A stretch of 64,000 nt of DNA from an uncultured Acidobacteriota bacterium (GTDB lineage Bacteria; Acidobacteriota; Thermoanaerobaculia; Gp7-AA8). The DNA lies in contig CAVUKB010000004.1 of the NCBI GenBank assembly GCA_963741955.1, forward strand, positions 1 through 64,000. The letters are read 5' to 3'. The notes under the pieces were generated by a model that worked only from the letters and a program-made list of their open reading frames with translations, was not told where the DNA came from and did no database searches. The position numbers were made by a program, and so were the translations under genes. Each line of letters begins with the position of its first letter. The stretch's first letter is position 1. Positions 1 through 12,292 of the stretch are shown one piece after another.

Positions 1-46
1 AATCGCACTCAGGAGGTCGTCGGTTCGATCCCGATCAGCTCCACCA
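1..46 (+). tRNA. tRNA-Ala(CGC), 3' part (5' end lies outside the window)
   Basis: Anticodon loop AT-CGC-AC, T-arm GTCGGTTCGATCCCGAT, and acceptor end AGCTCCACCA, all typical of tRNA-Ala. Confidence 0.9.
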
Positions 47-63
47 ATCGAATCAACAACATC

Positions 64-89
64 GCCGACCCGAAAGGGTCGGCTTTTTT
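64..89 (+). terminator. Rho-independent terminator after the tRNA
   Basis: GCCGACCC-GAAA-GGGTCGGC stem-loop followed by TTTTTT. Confidence 0.9.
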
Positions 90-114
90 GTCCGGCCACT
101 CGCTCCGCAGCACG

Positions 115-1245
115 CCTCTCCCGCGAAGCGTCCGTGAACCTCGCGTCCAGCATGACGTCCGCGAATATCGGTGGGGCGCCTCGGCTCTCGCCGTGCCGGC
201 CGCGGCGAAAGCCGCGGCGCCCCCTGCACGCGAACCGCGAGCCCTGAGGCGATGCCCGTCCTCCCCACGCGCGACCGATGCCCGTCCTCGTGGGGTGCGG
301 ATCCCGCCCCGCGGGATCCGCTGCCTGAATCATGTAGTACGCGATGAAGAGGAGAATTGTGACTCCCGCGAAGCGTCCGTGATCCTCAAGCCCAGCATGA
401 CTTCCGCGCTTGCCTCCGCGGCGCCCCCTGCACGCGAACCGCAAGCCCTTGGACCGCCCACGTCCTCGTGGGGTGCGGATCCTCCGATCCGCCGCGCGAA
501 TCATGTTGTACGCGATGAAGAGGAGAGTTGTGACTCCCGCGAAGCGTCCGTGATTCTCACGCCCAGCTCCGCTTCTGCCGCAGCGATCGTCTCGATCCGT
601 TCTGAACGCGATCGTCGCGGCGGATCCCGCGGGGCGGGATCCGCTCCCCACACGCGACCGACGCCCGTCCTCGTGGGGTGCGGATCCTCCGATCCGCCGC
701 GCAAATCGTGTTCTACGCGATGAAGACGAAAATTGCGGCTCCCGCGAAGCGTCCGTGATCCTCGCGCCCAGCTCCGCTTCTGCCGCAGCGATCGTCTCGA
801 TCCGTTCTGAACGCGATCGTCGCGGCGGATCCCGCGGGGCGGGATCCGCTCCCCACACGCGACCGATGCCCGTCCTCGTGGGGTGCGGATCCTCCGATCC
901 GCCGCGCGAATCATGTAGTACGCGATGAAGAGGGGAGTTGCGGCTCCCGCGAAGCGTCCGTGAACCTGGCGCCCAGCATGACTTCCGCGAATATCGGTGG
1001 AGCGGCACGGCTTCCGCCGTGCCGGCCGCGGCGGGAGCCGCGGCGCCCCCTGCGCGCGAACCGCGAGCCTGAGGACCGCGTCCTCCCCACACGCGACCGA
1101 TGCCCGTCCTCGTGGGGTGCGGATCCTCCGATCCGCGGCCTGAATCATGTTGTACGCGATGAAGACGAAAGCCGTGGCTCCCGCGAAGCGTCCGTGATTC
1201 TCGCGCTAAGCTCCGCTTCCCCCTGCGCGCGAACCGCGAGCCCAT
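115..1245. repeat. Tandem array of REP/REPIN-like palindromic units (about 180-235 bp)
   Basis: GTCCTCGTGGGGTGCGGATCC..GATCCGC recurs at about 285, 462, 667, 872 and 1106; inverted copies GCGGATCCCGCGGGGCGGGATCCGCTCCCCAC at about 620 and 825; CCCGCGAAGCGTCCGTGA occurs six times. Confidence 0.85.
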
Positions 1246-1260
1246 GGAGCACCCCTCGCC

Positions 1261-1500
1261 CTACTTCTTCCCTCGGCGCTGCGTCCGAACCCACACCAGC
1301 GCCTGCTCCATCGCCGCCTCCGCGCACGCGACCGTCTCCGCCGCATCGAATCCGAAGAACAGCCGGAAGTAGTCCCACGACGTGGCGCTCAGGTAATAGC
1401 GGATGTTCGCCGCCGCGATCTTCCTCTGCTTCGGCGGAGCGGACGGTGCCCACCGGTCGATCAGTTTCCGGATCGCGATCCACCGCTCCTGGCCGCCGTT
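1261..1500 (-). pseudogene. 3' remnant of a probable TetR-type regulator
   Basis: Helical C-terminal-like sequence WIAIRKLIDRWAP..IRYYLSATSWDYFR with no HTH and no credible start. Confidence 0.4.
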
Positions 1501-1509
1501 CGCGACCGG

Positions 1510-1727
1510 TGGACATCGCGGCGGGAGACTTTCTGTATGCACCGGGAGGCGTGCTTCACGGATTCCAGGGAATGTCGGAACAGCCGGCGCGGCTGCTGAT
1601 CTTCGACGCTCCGGCGGCCGCCGAGGCGTTCTTCCGGGATGTGGAGCGCGAGGTTCGTGAGCTTCCCGCCGATCTCGCGAAGGTTCCCGCGATCGGCGAC
1701 CGGCACGACCTCCACTTCGTGCGCTGA
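1510..1727 (+). pseudogene. 3' remnant of a cupin-domain protein
   Basis: Second cupin motif GDFLYAPGGVLHGFQ..PARLLIF is present; the N-terminal half is absent. Confidence 0.65.
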
Positions 1728-1827
1728 ACGGAACTCGGGTGTGGAGAGCGAGAGCCTCCGCGCGAACGTCTCGACTCGTCGGAGGTTCGACTCGAGAAGA
1801 TCAACGAGCTCATTCATGACACAGTAT

Positions 1828-2070
1828 AGAGCCGGCGAAGCCGGCGACAGATCTGTAGCCCAGGGCGTCAGCCCTGGGACTCCGCGCCCCTCGACGTTCA
1901 TTGCGAGAGTCCGCGAAGCGGACGACACGCCCGACCTCCACGCGACATGCGAAACCGTCGAACCGACCCCGGAGGGGTCGCGGCCGGAAGCCGGTGGTCG
2001 AGCGCGAAGCGCGACACCGCCGGATGACGAACCACACGAGATCAATACGCACCCCGGAGGGGTGCCGGAA
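1828..2070. repeat. Cluster of short REP-like hairpins
   Basis: GCCGGCGAAGCCGGC, CCCAGGGCGTCAGCCCTGGG, GTCCGCGAAGCGGAC, CGACCCCGGAGGGGTCG and GCACCCCGGAGGGGTGC. Confidence 0.6.
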
Positions 2071-2502
2071 CCACGAACCACCGGGACGACGAGCGACCGA
2101 ACGCGAGAACGAAGCCGCCGCCCTCTCCACGCAGCCACCACTGCACTTCCCCTTGTGCATCAACAGAACGAAATTCTCCAGAACGCGTCCAATCGAGAAT
2201 AAAATACGCACATCGCCGCCGATTGGCGCACATTCTTCGCAGCCCGCTCCCCCCGTCTCTTCCCAAATCGCGCAAATCGCGCAAATCGCGCAATTCCGTC
2301 CCCCCCCGCAGCCCGAGGGGTAGGGAAATGCCTCTCCCGAACACTCCTCAGGTAGAAGCGGCTCGCCCGGCGCCAGCGTGTGGTAAATTGAAGTTCCAAA
2401 TTCGGTGATCGCATTATCCCGGCCGATCACAGGCGCGCCGCCTCGCGTCCCGACGTAAGTTGTTCGAACTTCTCTCGGAAAAGTGGAGATTCGTCCGGAT
2501 CC

Positions 2503-6444
<3,942 letters not shown>

Positions 6445-6645
6445 ATCCTTTGGATTTTGAAGAGCCGAAAGCCCAATTCGGCCCAATCTCGGCCCAAATG
6501 TCGCCGGGAACTCTCGTCTTTTCAAGAACTTCGCTTCGCGCAATTCGCTACGTTTCGGCCCAAACGCAAGTCCTGGGCCGATCTGACAATCACAAAATCA
6601 TGATCACTGCAGAACAAAGTTGCACCGCAATCAGGTTTTCATGAT

Positions 6646-7023
6646 ATGAAGAGCTGGATCTTTCGCGATTTCATCTCGGAGCGTGGCGTAAATGAGATTC
6701 GCGAATGGATCGACTCTCTTCCGATGAAGGCTCAGATCAAGATCGATCGGCGCATCAGTTATCTCCAGGCGACTCGAACATTCGATCCGCAGTACATCAG
6801 CGCGCGCGATGGTTGTGACGACATTTACGAGCTCAGGGTCGTATGTGCTGGAGTTCAGTACCGGCCCCTCGGCTGCTATGGGCCGGAGCGGGGCGAGTTC
6901 ACACTGCTCGTCGGCGCGGTCGAGAAAGGAAGTCGACTCGAACCCAAGGACGCGCCGGAGATCGCAACGCACAGACGGAAGATCGTGATGGCGGACAAAA
7001 GGAGAACGCGTGAACACGAGTAG
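6646..7023 (+). CDS. RelE/HigB (Gp49-like) type II toxin
   Basis: F.SERGVNEIREWIDSL..IYELRV..VQYRPL..FTLLVGAVEK pattern; lies upstream of an HTH gene. Confidence 0.75.
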   Translation: MKSWIFRDFISERGVNEIREWIDSLPMKAQIKIDRRISYLQATRTFDPQYISARDGCDDIYELRVVCAGVQYRPLGCYGPERGEFTLLVGAVEKGSRLEPKDAPEIATHRRKIVMADKRRTREHE

Positions 7024-7546
7024 GACGAAGCGAACGGTCGAGAAACTTAGCAACCAGCAATACCGCGAGGCCTTCGTCGCAGAACACATCGGTTCCGGAG
7101 TCGCGTTTCAGATCCACGCCCTCCGTGAAAAACTCGGCCTCTCGCAAGCCGAGCTCGCGAAGCTCGCCGGCATGCACCAGAGCCAGATCTCGAAGGTGGA
7201 GAATCCGGATGACGAAGAGGGCGTCAGCGTCGCGACACTTCAGAGGATCGCCGCCGCCTTCGATGTCGCGCTCGTGGTGAGATTCGTCAGTTTCGGGGAT
7301 CTTGTCGAGTGGGAGGCCAACCTCAGCGACGCGGCGCTTGCGCCACCTCCGTTCAGTGAAGATCCGAAACTCGCGGCGACGCAGACCGCTCCTGCTGTGG
7401 CGACGCGTGAAGCAGCGACGCGCATCATCTATCTGCAAACCGAGCACCGAAGCGCGGCAGCAACTCGGCCTTTGCGCAAGCGCGCGAACGTTCGGTTGGT
7501 CTCGAAGCGTGACACGACCGCGCTCTCGGAACTGTGGCTGAGGTGA
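7010..7546 (+). CDS. XRE-HTH antitoxin (HigA-like) with a long C-terminal extension
   Basis: QIHALREKLGLSQAELAKLAGMHQSQISKVE..TLQRIAAAFDVALVVRF; overlaps the toxin stop. Confidence 0.85.
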   Translation: MNTSRTKRTVEKLSNQQYREAFVAEHIGSGVAFQIHALREKLGLSQAELAKLAGMHQSQISKVENPDDEEGVSVATLQRIAAAFDVALVVRFVSFGDLVEWEANLSDAALAPPPFSEDPKLAATQTAPAVATREAATRIIYLQTEHRSAAATRPLRKRANVRLVSKRDTTALSELWLR

Positions 7547-7550
7547 AGAA

Positions 7551-7856
7551 ATGCCGACGAAAAAGAAAAGTGAGCAGGAAACCGAGACCGTTAACGCAGC
7601 TGAGATTCACCGCGTGAGGGCCGCTGACTTCCGTTCGCGCTACGCGAACAGCGCACGCCTGCAGGCATCGATCTACGATTTCACGCTGACGTTCGGCCAG
7701 ATTTCGAACGACCGCGAGAAGCTAGAGTGCGAGGAGTACGCCGAGATCGTCATGTCACCACAGCACGCGAAGGTGCTCCTGCAAATCCTTCAGCGGAACG
7801 TCGCCGGGTATGAGGAGAAGTTCGGAGAACTTCAGATTCCTGAAGGCATGTCGTAA
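7551..7856 (+). CDS. DUF3467-like protein
   Basis: YAN..DFTLTF..IVMSPQHAK.L..L..NV..YEEKFGE signature; 101 aa. Confidence 0.8.
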   Translation: MPTKKKSEQETETVNAAEIHRVRAADFRSRYANSARLQASIYDFTLTFGQISNDREKLECEEYAEIVMSPQHAKVLLQILQRNVAGYEEKFGELQIPEGMS

Positions 7857-7925
7857 GGAAGCGCCTTAGGGAATGTGCGGAGTGGGCGCCGAAGTCAGGG
7901 CGCGTGCCTTTTAGTGGAGGGGGTT

Positions 7926-8708
7926 GTGAAACTAGTCTCTATCTCGGTGGCGAACTTTCGGAGCATCACCAAGGCTCCGAAAATTCGAATTGGGCGCTCC
8001 ACGACCCTCGTCGGTCCCAACAACGAAGGCAAGTCCAACATCCTCTTCGCACTCACCACGGCGATGAAGGTGCTGACCGACCCTCGAATGGCGCTTTTCC
8101 GGGACGACCGGCGGATCCCACTTCGCATTCTGGAAACCTGGTACTCGTGGGAACGCGATTATCCGATTCACCTTCAGGCCAAGAACGAGAACGGCGAATC
8201 AATAATCACAGTTGAATTCGAGCTTTCGAAAGATGAGATTACCGCCTTCAAGAAAGAAATCAGAAGTAGCCTCAACGGAACGCTTCCGATCAAGATCATT
8301 CTTGGTCGAAACAGAGCGCCGAAGGTCGTCGTAGCCAAACCAGGCAAGGGCAATGCCGCGTTGTCGCGAAAGTCAGCGCAGATTGCCGATTTCGTTTCTT
8401 CGCGCCTTGATTTCGAATACATCCCGGCCGTCAGAACCGCGATGTCCTCCGAGGAAATCGTCCGAGGTCTCATCGAGCGCGAGCTTCAAACGCTGGACGA
8501 CGATCCGGCGTTCCAAGAGGCATTAGCGAAGGTGACAGCTCTTCAGGACCCGATCCTCAAGCAACTCTCGGAGAGCATTAAAGGAACTTTAGTGAAGTTC
8601 CTTCCCGATGTGAAGGGCGTCGACGTAACGATACGTTCTTCGGACCGAACGAGAGCGCTTCGCGCGAATTGCGAGATCTTCGTCGATGACGGCCGACGCA
8701 CAAGCCTC
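7926..8708 (+). pseudogene. OLD/AAA_15-family ABC ATPase, truncated by ISL3
   Basis: ISVANFRSI..TTLVGPNNEGKSNIL..YIPAVR; the ORF runs into the IS terminal repeat at 8709, before the Walker B and Toprim regions. Confidence 0.8.
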
Positions 8709-10292
8709 GGATCTCCTAACAGGTGTGTAGCAGAGTTCATAGGCCGAGAGGATGGAATGCGATTGCTGACGTACAGAGGAACGCCATTGCGATCAGAGCT
8801 TCCGCGGTGTGAAAGCCGAAAGCGCGGTGACTGAGCATTCGGATCTTGTTGTTGCAGCCTTCAGCAACTGCATTCGTGAGTCGATACTCGAAGTAACGGC
8901 GGATGCCAGGCCATTTCGCCGCGACGGTTCGCGCGAAGCGAACGAGGGGTTGAATGCGGCTATGAACCGCGGACTGATACCAGCGCTTGAACCGTCGATC
9001 AGCTTGGCGGACGGACGAGGAGTCATAGATGTCCTGAAAGGATTCCTTGACCAGGTAACTGCGAAAGAGGGTGTGATTCATCCGCGCGAGCTCCGAGAGT
9101 TTCGCCTCCTCGGCATCACGCAGGTTCCAGGGGTTCTTCAGGAGGACGAACCGAGTGGATTTGAGAGCGGAGCGCTCCTCGCCGGTGGCCTTTCGCATCT
9201 CGTCCCGCCTCACCTGATCGATCGCATTCCCGAGGAGTTGGACCACGTGGAACCGATCGAAAACGACCTCGGCGTTCGGCAGTCGGTCGCGAACAGCTTT
9301 CTCGAAGGCCGCGCTCATGTCGATGCTCACCAGACGGATTCGCGCGCAGCGCTCGGGGCCGAGCAGATCGAACAGCCCGTCGAGAACCTCTGCACTTTTA
9401 CCCTTCGCCGCCCAGATCATCTGCCCGGTCTCGTGGTTCGTGACCACGGTCATGAACTTCTTCGGCCGCCCCCAGCAGATCTCGTCGATGCCGATCCGGG
9501 TCAGATTCTCGAGCGCGTTCGGGTCGCGTTTTTCGGCAACCACTCGAGCGGCGATCCGTCCGGCCGTGAGCCAGCTGACCTTGAAGTACGCCGAGACCGC
9601 GGTTTGATTGGATCGCTGCAGAAACCAGGCAAGCTCGTCTTCGAACGCGCGGGTGAACATCGAACCAGGCCGTGCCCACGGAACCGCGGCCGTTCGCACC
9701 CCGCAGCGGCGGCAACGCACCCGCGGCAGATCCGCCCGCAGCATCACCCGGCATCCCCAGAGGCCGAGATGACGCCATTCGCGATGCTTCATCACCGTTC
9801 CGTGAAGCTCGGGAGCAACCCGTCCGCACCCTCCGCACCGCGGACGTCTCCACGTTGGACTCACGTCGAGATAGAGACTCCGAGCTTCGAACCGAACCCC
9901 GCGAACCGTTACGTTTGCCATGTTGAGCAACTTCCGGAACAATGTCGTCAGGCGCACCGTGCCTGTCCTCCCCGTGTCTTGGTTTCATCGACTACAGACT
10001 ACGGGAAATGGGCAGCACGGTTCGCCGATTCCAACCTGCTATCGCTGCTTCGATCTTCACCTCTCCACGAGCAGCGACTTTCGGGGCTCCTTCAGATCCT
10101 TCCGCGACGGCGGGGCAAGTTGTGGGAACGGCGGAAAACGCGGCGGCCGGGTGGCGGCGTTTTCCGCGGTTTCCACAACTTCGCTTTCCGAACGCTTCGG
10201 CGAACACCGACTTGCTCCTCGAAAACAGCCGCGTCGCCGTTCCTGCATGCCTCCGACAATCATTCCGCACCTACACACCTGTTAGGAGAACC
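8709..10292 (-). mobile_element. ISL3-family IS, copy 1 (1584 bp)
   Basis: Terminal inverted repeats GGATCTCCTAACAGGTGTGTAG / CTACACACCTGTTAGGAGAACC. Confidence 0.95.
8737..9957 (-). CDS. ISL3 transposase
   Basis: Zinc finger CGGC..CRRC, IGIDE, VSIDMS, DRFHVV, TNAVAEGCNNKI. Confidence 0.95.
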   Translation of the reverse strand: MRLTTLFRKLLNMANVTVRGVRFEARSLYLDVSPTWRRPRCGGCGRVAPELHGTVMKHREWRHLGLWGCRVMLRADLPRVRCRRCGVRTAAVPWARPGSMFTRAFEDELAWFLQRSNQTAVSAYFKVSWLTAGRIAARVVAEKRDPNALENLTRIGIDEICWGRPKKFMTVVTNHETGQMIWAAKGKSAEVLDGLFDLLGPERCARIRLVSIDMSAAFEKAVRDRLPNAEVVFDRFHVVQLLGNAIDQVRRDEMRKATGEERSALKSTRFVLLKNPWNLRDAEEAKLSELARMNHTLFRSYLVKESFQDIYDSSSVRQADRRFKRWYQSAVHSRIQPLVRFARTVAAKWPGIRRYFEYRLTNAVAEGCNNKIRMLSHRAFGFHTAEALIAMAFLCTSAIAFHPLGL

Positions 10293-10297
10293 GATGT

Positions 10298-11881
10298 GGA
10301 TCTCCTAACAGGTGTGTAGCAGAGTTCATAGGCCGAGAGGATGGAATGCGATTGCTGACGTACAGAGGAACGCCATTGCGATCAGAGCTTCCGCGGTGTG
10401 AAAGCCGAAAGCGCGGTGACTGAGCATTCGGATCTTGTTGTTGCAGCCTTCAGCAACTGCATTCGTGAGTCGATACTCGAAGTAACGGCGGATGCCAGGC
10501 CATTTCGCCGCGACGGTTCGCGCGAAGCGAACGAGGGGTTGAATGCGGCTATGAACCGCGGACTGATACCAGCGCTTGAACCGTCGATCAGCTTGGCGGA
10601 CGGACGAGGAGTCATAGATGTCCTGAAAGGATTCCTTGACCAGGTAACTGCGAAAGAGGGTGTGATTCATCCGCGCGAGCTCCGAGAGTTTCGCCTCCTC
10701 GGCATCACGCAGGTTCCAGGGGTTCTTCAGGAGGACGAACCGAGTGGATTTGAGAGCGGAGCGCTCCTCGCCGGTGGCCTTTCGCATCTCGTCCCGCCTC
10801 ACCTGATCGATCGCATTCCCGAGGAGTTGGACCACGTGGAACCGATCGAAAACGACCTCGGCGTTCGGCAGTCGGTCGCGAACAGCTTTCTCGAAGGCCG
10901 CGCTCATGTCGATGCTCACCAGACGGATTCGCGCGCAGCGCTCGGGGCCGAGCAGATCGAACAGCCCGTCGAGAACCTCTGCACTTTTACCCTTCGCCGC
11001 CCAGATCATCTGCCCGGTCTCGTGGTTCGTGACCACGGTCATGAACTTCTTCGGCCGCCCCCAGCAGATCTCGTCGATGCCGATCCGGGTCAGATTCTCG
11101 AGCGCGTTCGGGTCGCGTTTTTCGGCAACCACTCGAGCGGCGATCCGTCCGGCCGTGAGCCAGCTGACCTTGAAGTACGCCGAGACCGCGGTTTGATTGG
11201 ATCGCTGCAGAAACCAGGCAAGCTCGTCTTCGAACGCGCGGGTGAACATCGAACCAGGCCGTGCCCACGGAACCGCGGCCGTTCGCACCCCGCAGCGGCG
11301 GCAACGCACCCGCGGCAGATCCGCCCGCAGCATCACCCGGCATCCCCAGAGGCCGAGATGACGCCATTCGCGATGCTTCATCACCGTTCCGTGAAGCTCG
11401 GGAGCAACCCGTCCGCACCCTCCGCACCGCGGACGTCTCCACGTTGGACTCACGTCGAGATAGAGACTCCGAGCTTCGAACCGAACCCCGCGAACCGTTA
11501 CGTTTGCCATGTTGAGCAACTTCCGGAACAATGTCGTCAGGCGCACCGTGCCTGTCCTCCCCGTGTCTTGGTTTCATCGACTACAGACTACGGGAAATGG
11601 GCAGCACGGTTCGCCGATTCCAACCTGCTATCGCTGCTTCGATCTTCACCTCTCCACGAGCAGCGACTTTCGGGGCTCCTTCAGATCCTTCCGCGACGGC
11701 GGGGCAAGTTGTGGGAACGGCGGAAAACGCGGCGGCCGGGTGGCGGCGTTTTCCGCGGTTTCCACAACTTCGCTTTCCGAACGCTTCGGCGAACACCGAC
11801 TTGCTCCTCGAAAACAGCCGCGTCGCCGTTCCTGCATGCCTCCGACAATCATTCCGCACCTACACACCTGTTAGGAGAACC
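10298..11881 (-). mobile_element. ISL3-family IS, copy 2, in tandem with copy 1 (5-bp spacer GATGT)
   Basis: Same 1584-bp sequence; junction reads GGAGAACC-gatgt-GGATCTCC. Confidence 0.95.
10326..11546 (-). CDS. ISL3 transposase
   Basis: Identical 406-aa protein. Confidence 0.95.
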   Translation of the reverse strand: MRLTTLFRKLLNMANVTVRGVRFEARSLYLDVSPTWRRPRCGGCGRVAPELHGTVMKHREWRHLGLWGCRVMLRADLPRVRCRRCGVRTAAVPWARPGSMFTRAFEDELAWFLQRSNQTAVSAYFKVSWLTAGRIAARVVAEKRDPNALENLTRIGIDEICWGRPKKFMTVVTNHETGQMIWAAKGKSAEVLDGLFDLLGPERCARIRLVSIDMSAAFEKAVRDRLPNAEVVFDRFHVVQLLGNAIDQVRRDEMRKATGEERSALKSTRFVLLKNPWNLRDAEEAKLSELARMNHTLFRSYLVKESFQDIYDSSSVRQADRRFKRWYQSAVHSRIQPLVRFARTVAAKWPGIRRYFEYRLTNAVAEGCNNKIRMLSHRAFGFHTAEALIAMAFLCTSAIAFHPLGL

Positions 11882-12131
11882 AACGTTTCAGGGCAACGTG
11901 TGGTCCGCCTTCGGGAATGCTTTCGGCGCTACCGTGCCGGACGAGATCAACTCCGGGACTGTGGGACTCCTCATCATCACCGCTGATGGGCGAATGCTAA
12001 TGAGAGGCCACGCGCACGGAGAGTCGGAGCTTCGATCGTTACGGGGTGTTCTCGGGCGAGCATGCGACCAGATTCTTGATCGAACGTTCACCAAGTCGTT
12101 CTTCGAAAAACGCAAAACGGCCGCACAGTAA
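11882..12131 (+). pseudogene. 3' remnant of an unknown gene, cut by ISL3
   Basis: Open frame from the IS end to TAA at 12131; does not look like the continuation of the OLD-like ATPase. Confidence 0.4.
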
Positions 12132-12292
12132 GGTTGAGGGTATGCACCCTGGGTTAGCGCGCGTGACGGTCGGGACGAAGGTCGCCTGCAACTACTTGCA
12201 AAGTTGAACCGAACGACGCATCCACCGGTGATCTTCTTTGTCGTTACGGCCTCGCAACGACAGACTTTGGTTGAGACGACGGGAGCGACAAA

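Noticed and set aside
115-1245. Possible CRISPR array
   Set aside because: Units are 180-235 bp, the intervening sequences are themselves repeated rather than unique spacers, and no cas genes are present
2265-2292. 9-bp tandem repeat (AAATCGCGC x3)
   Set aside because: Short and intergenic, with no evidence of function
47-2500. Integrase or attL/attR for a tRNA-integrated element
   Set aside because: No recombinase ORF, and I did not find a second copy of the tRNA 3' end in the window
8809-12131. Long ORFs antisense to the ISL3 transposase (499, 577, 555, 382 and 626 aa versions across copies)
   Set aside because: These are shadow frames of a GC-rich gene; their ends vary with the flanking DNA and they contain no recognisable motifs
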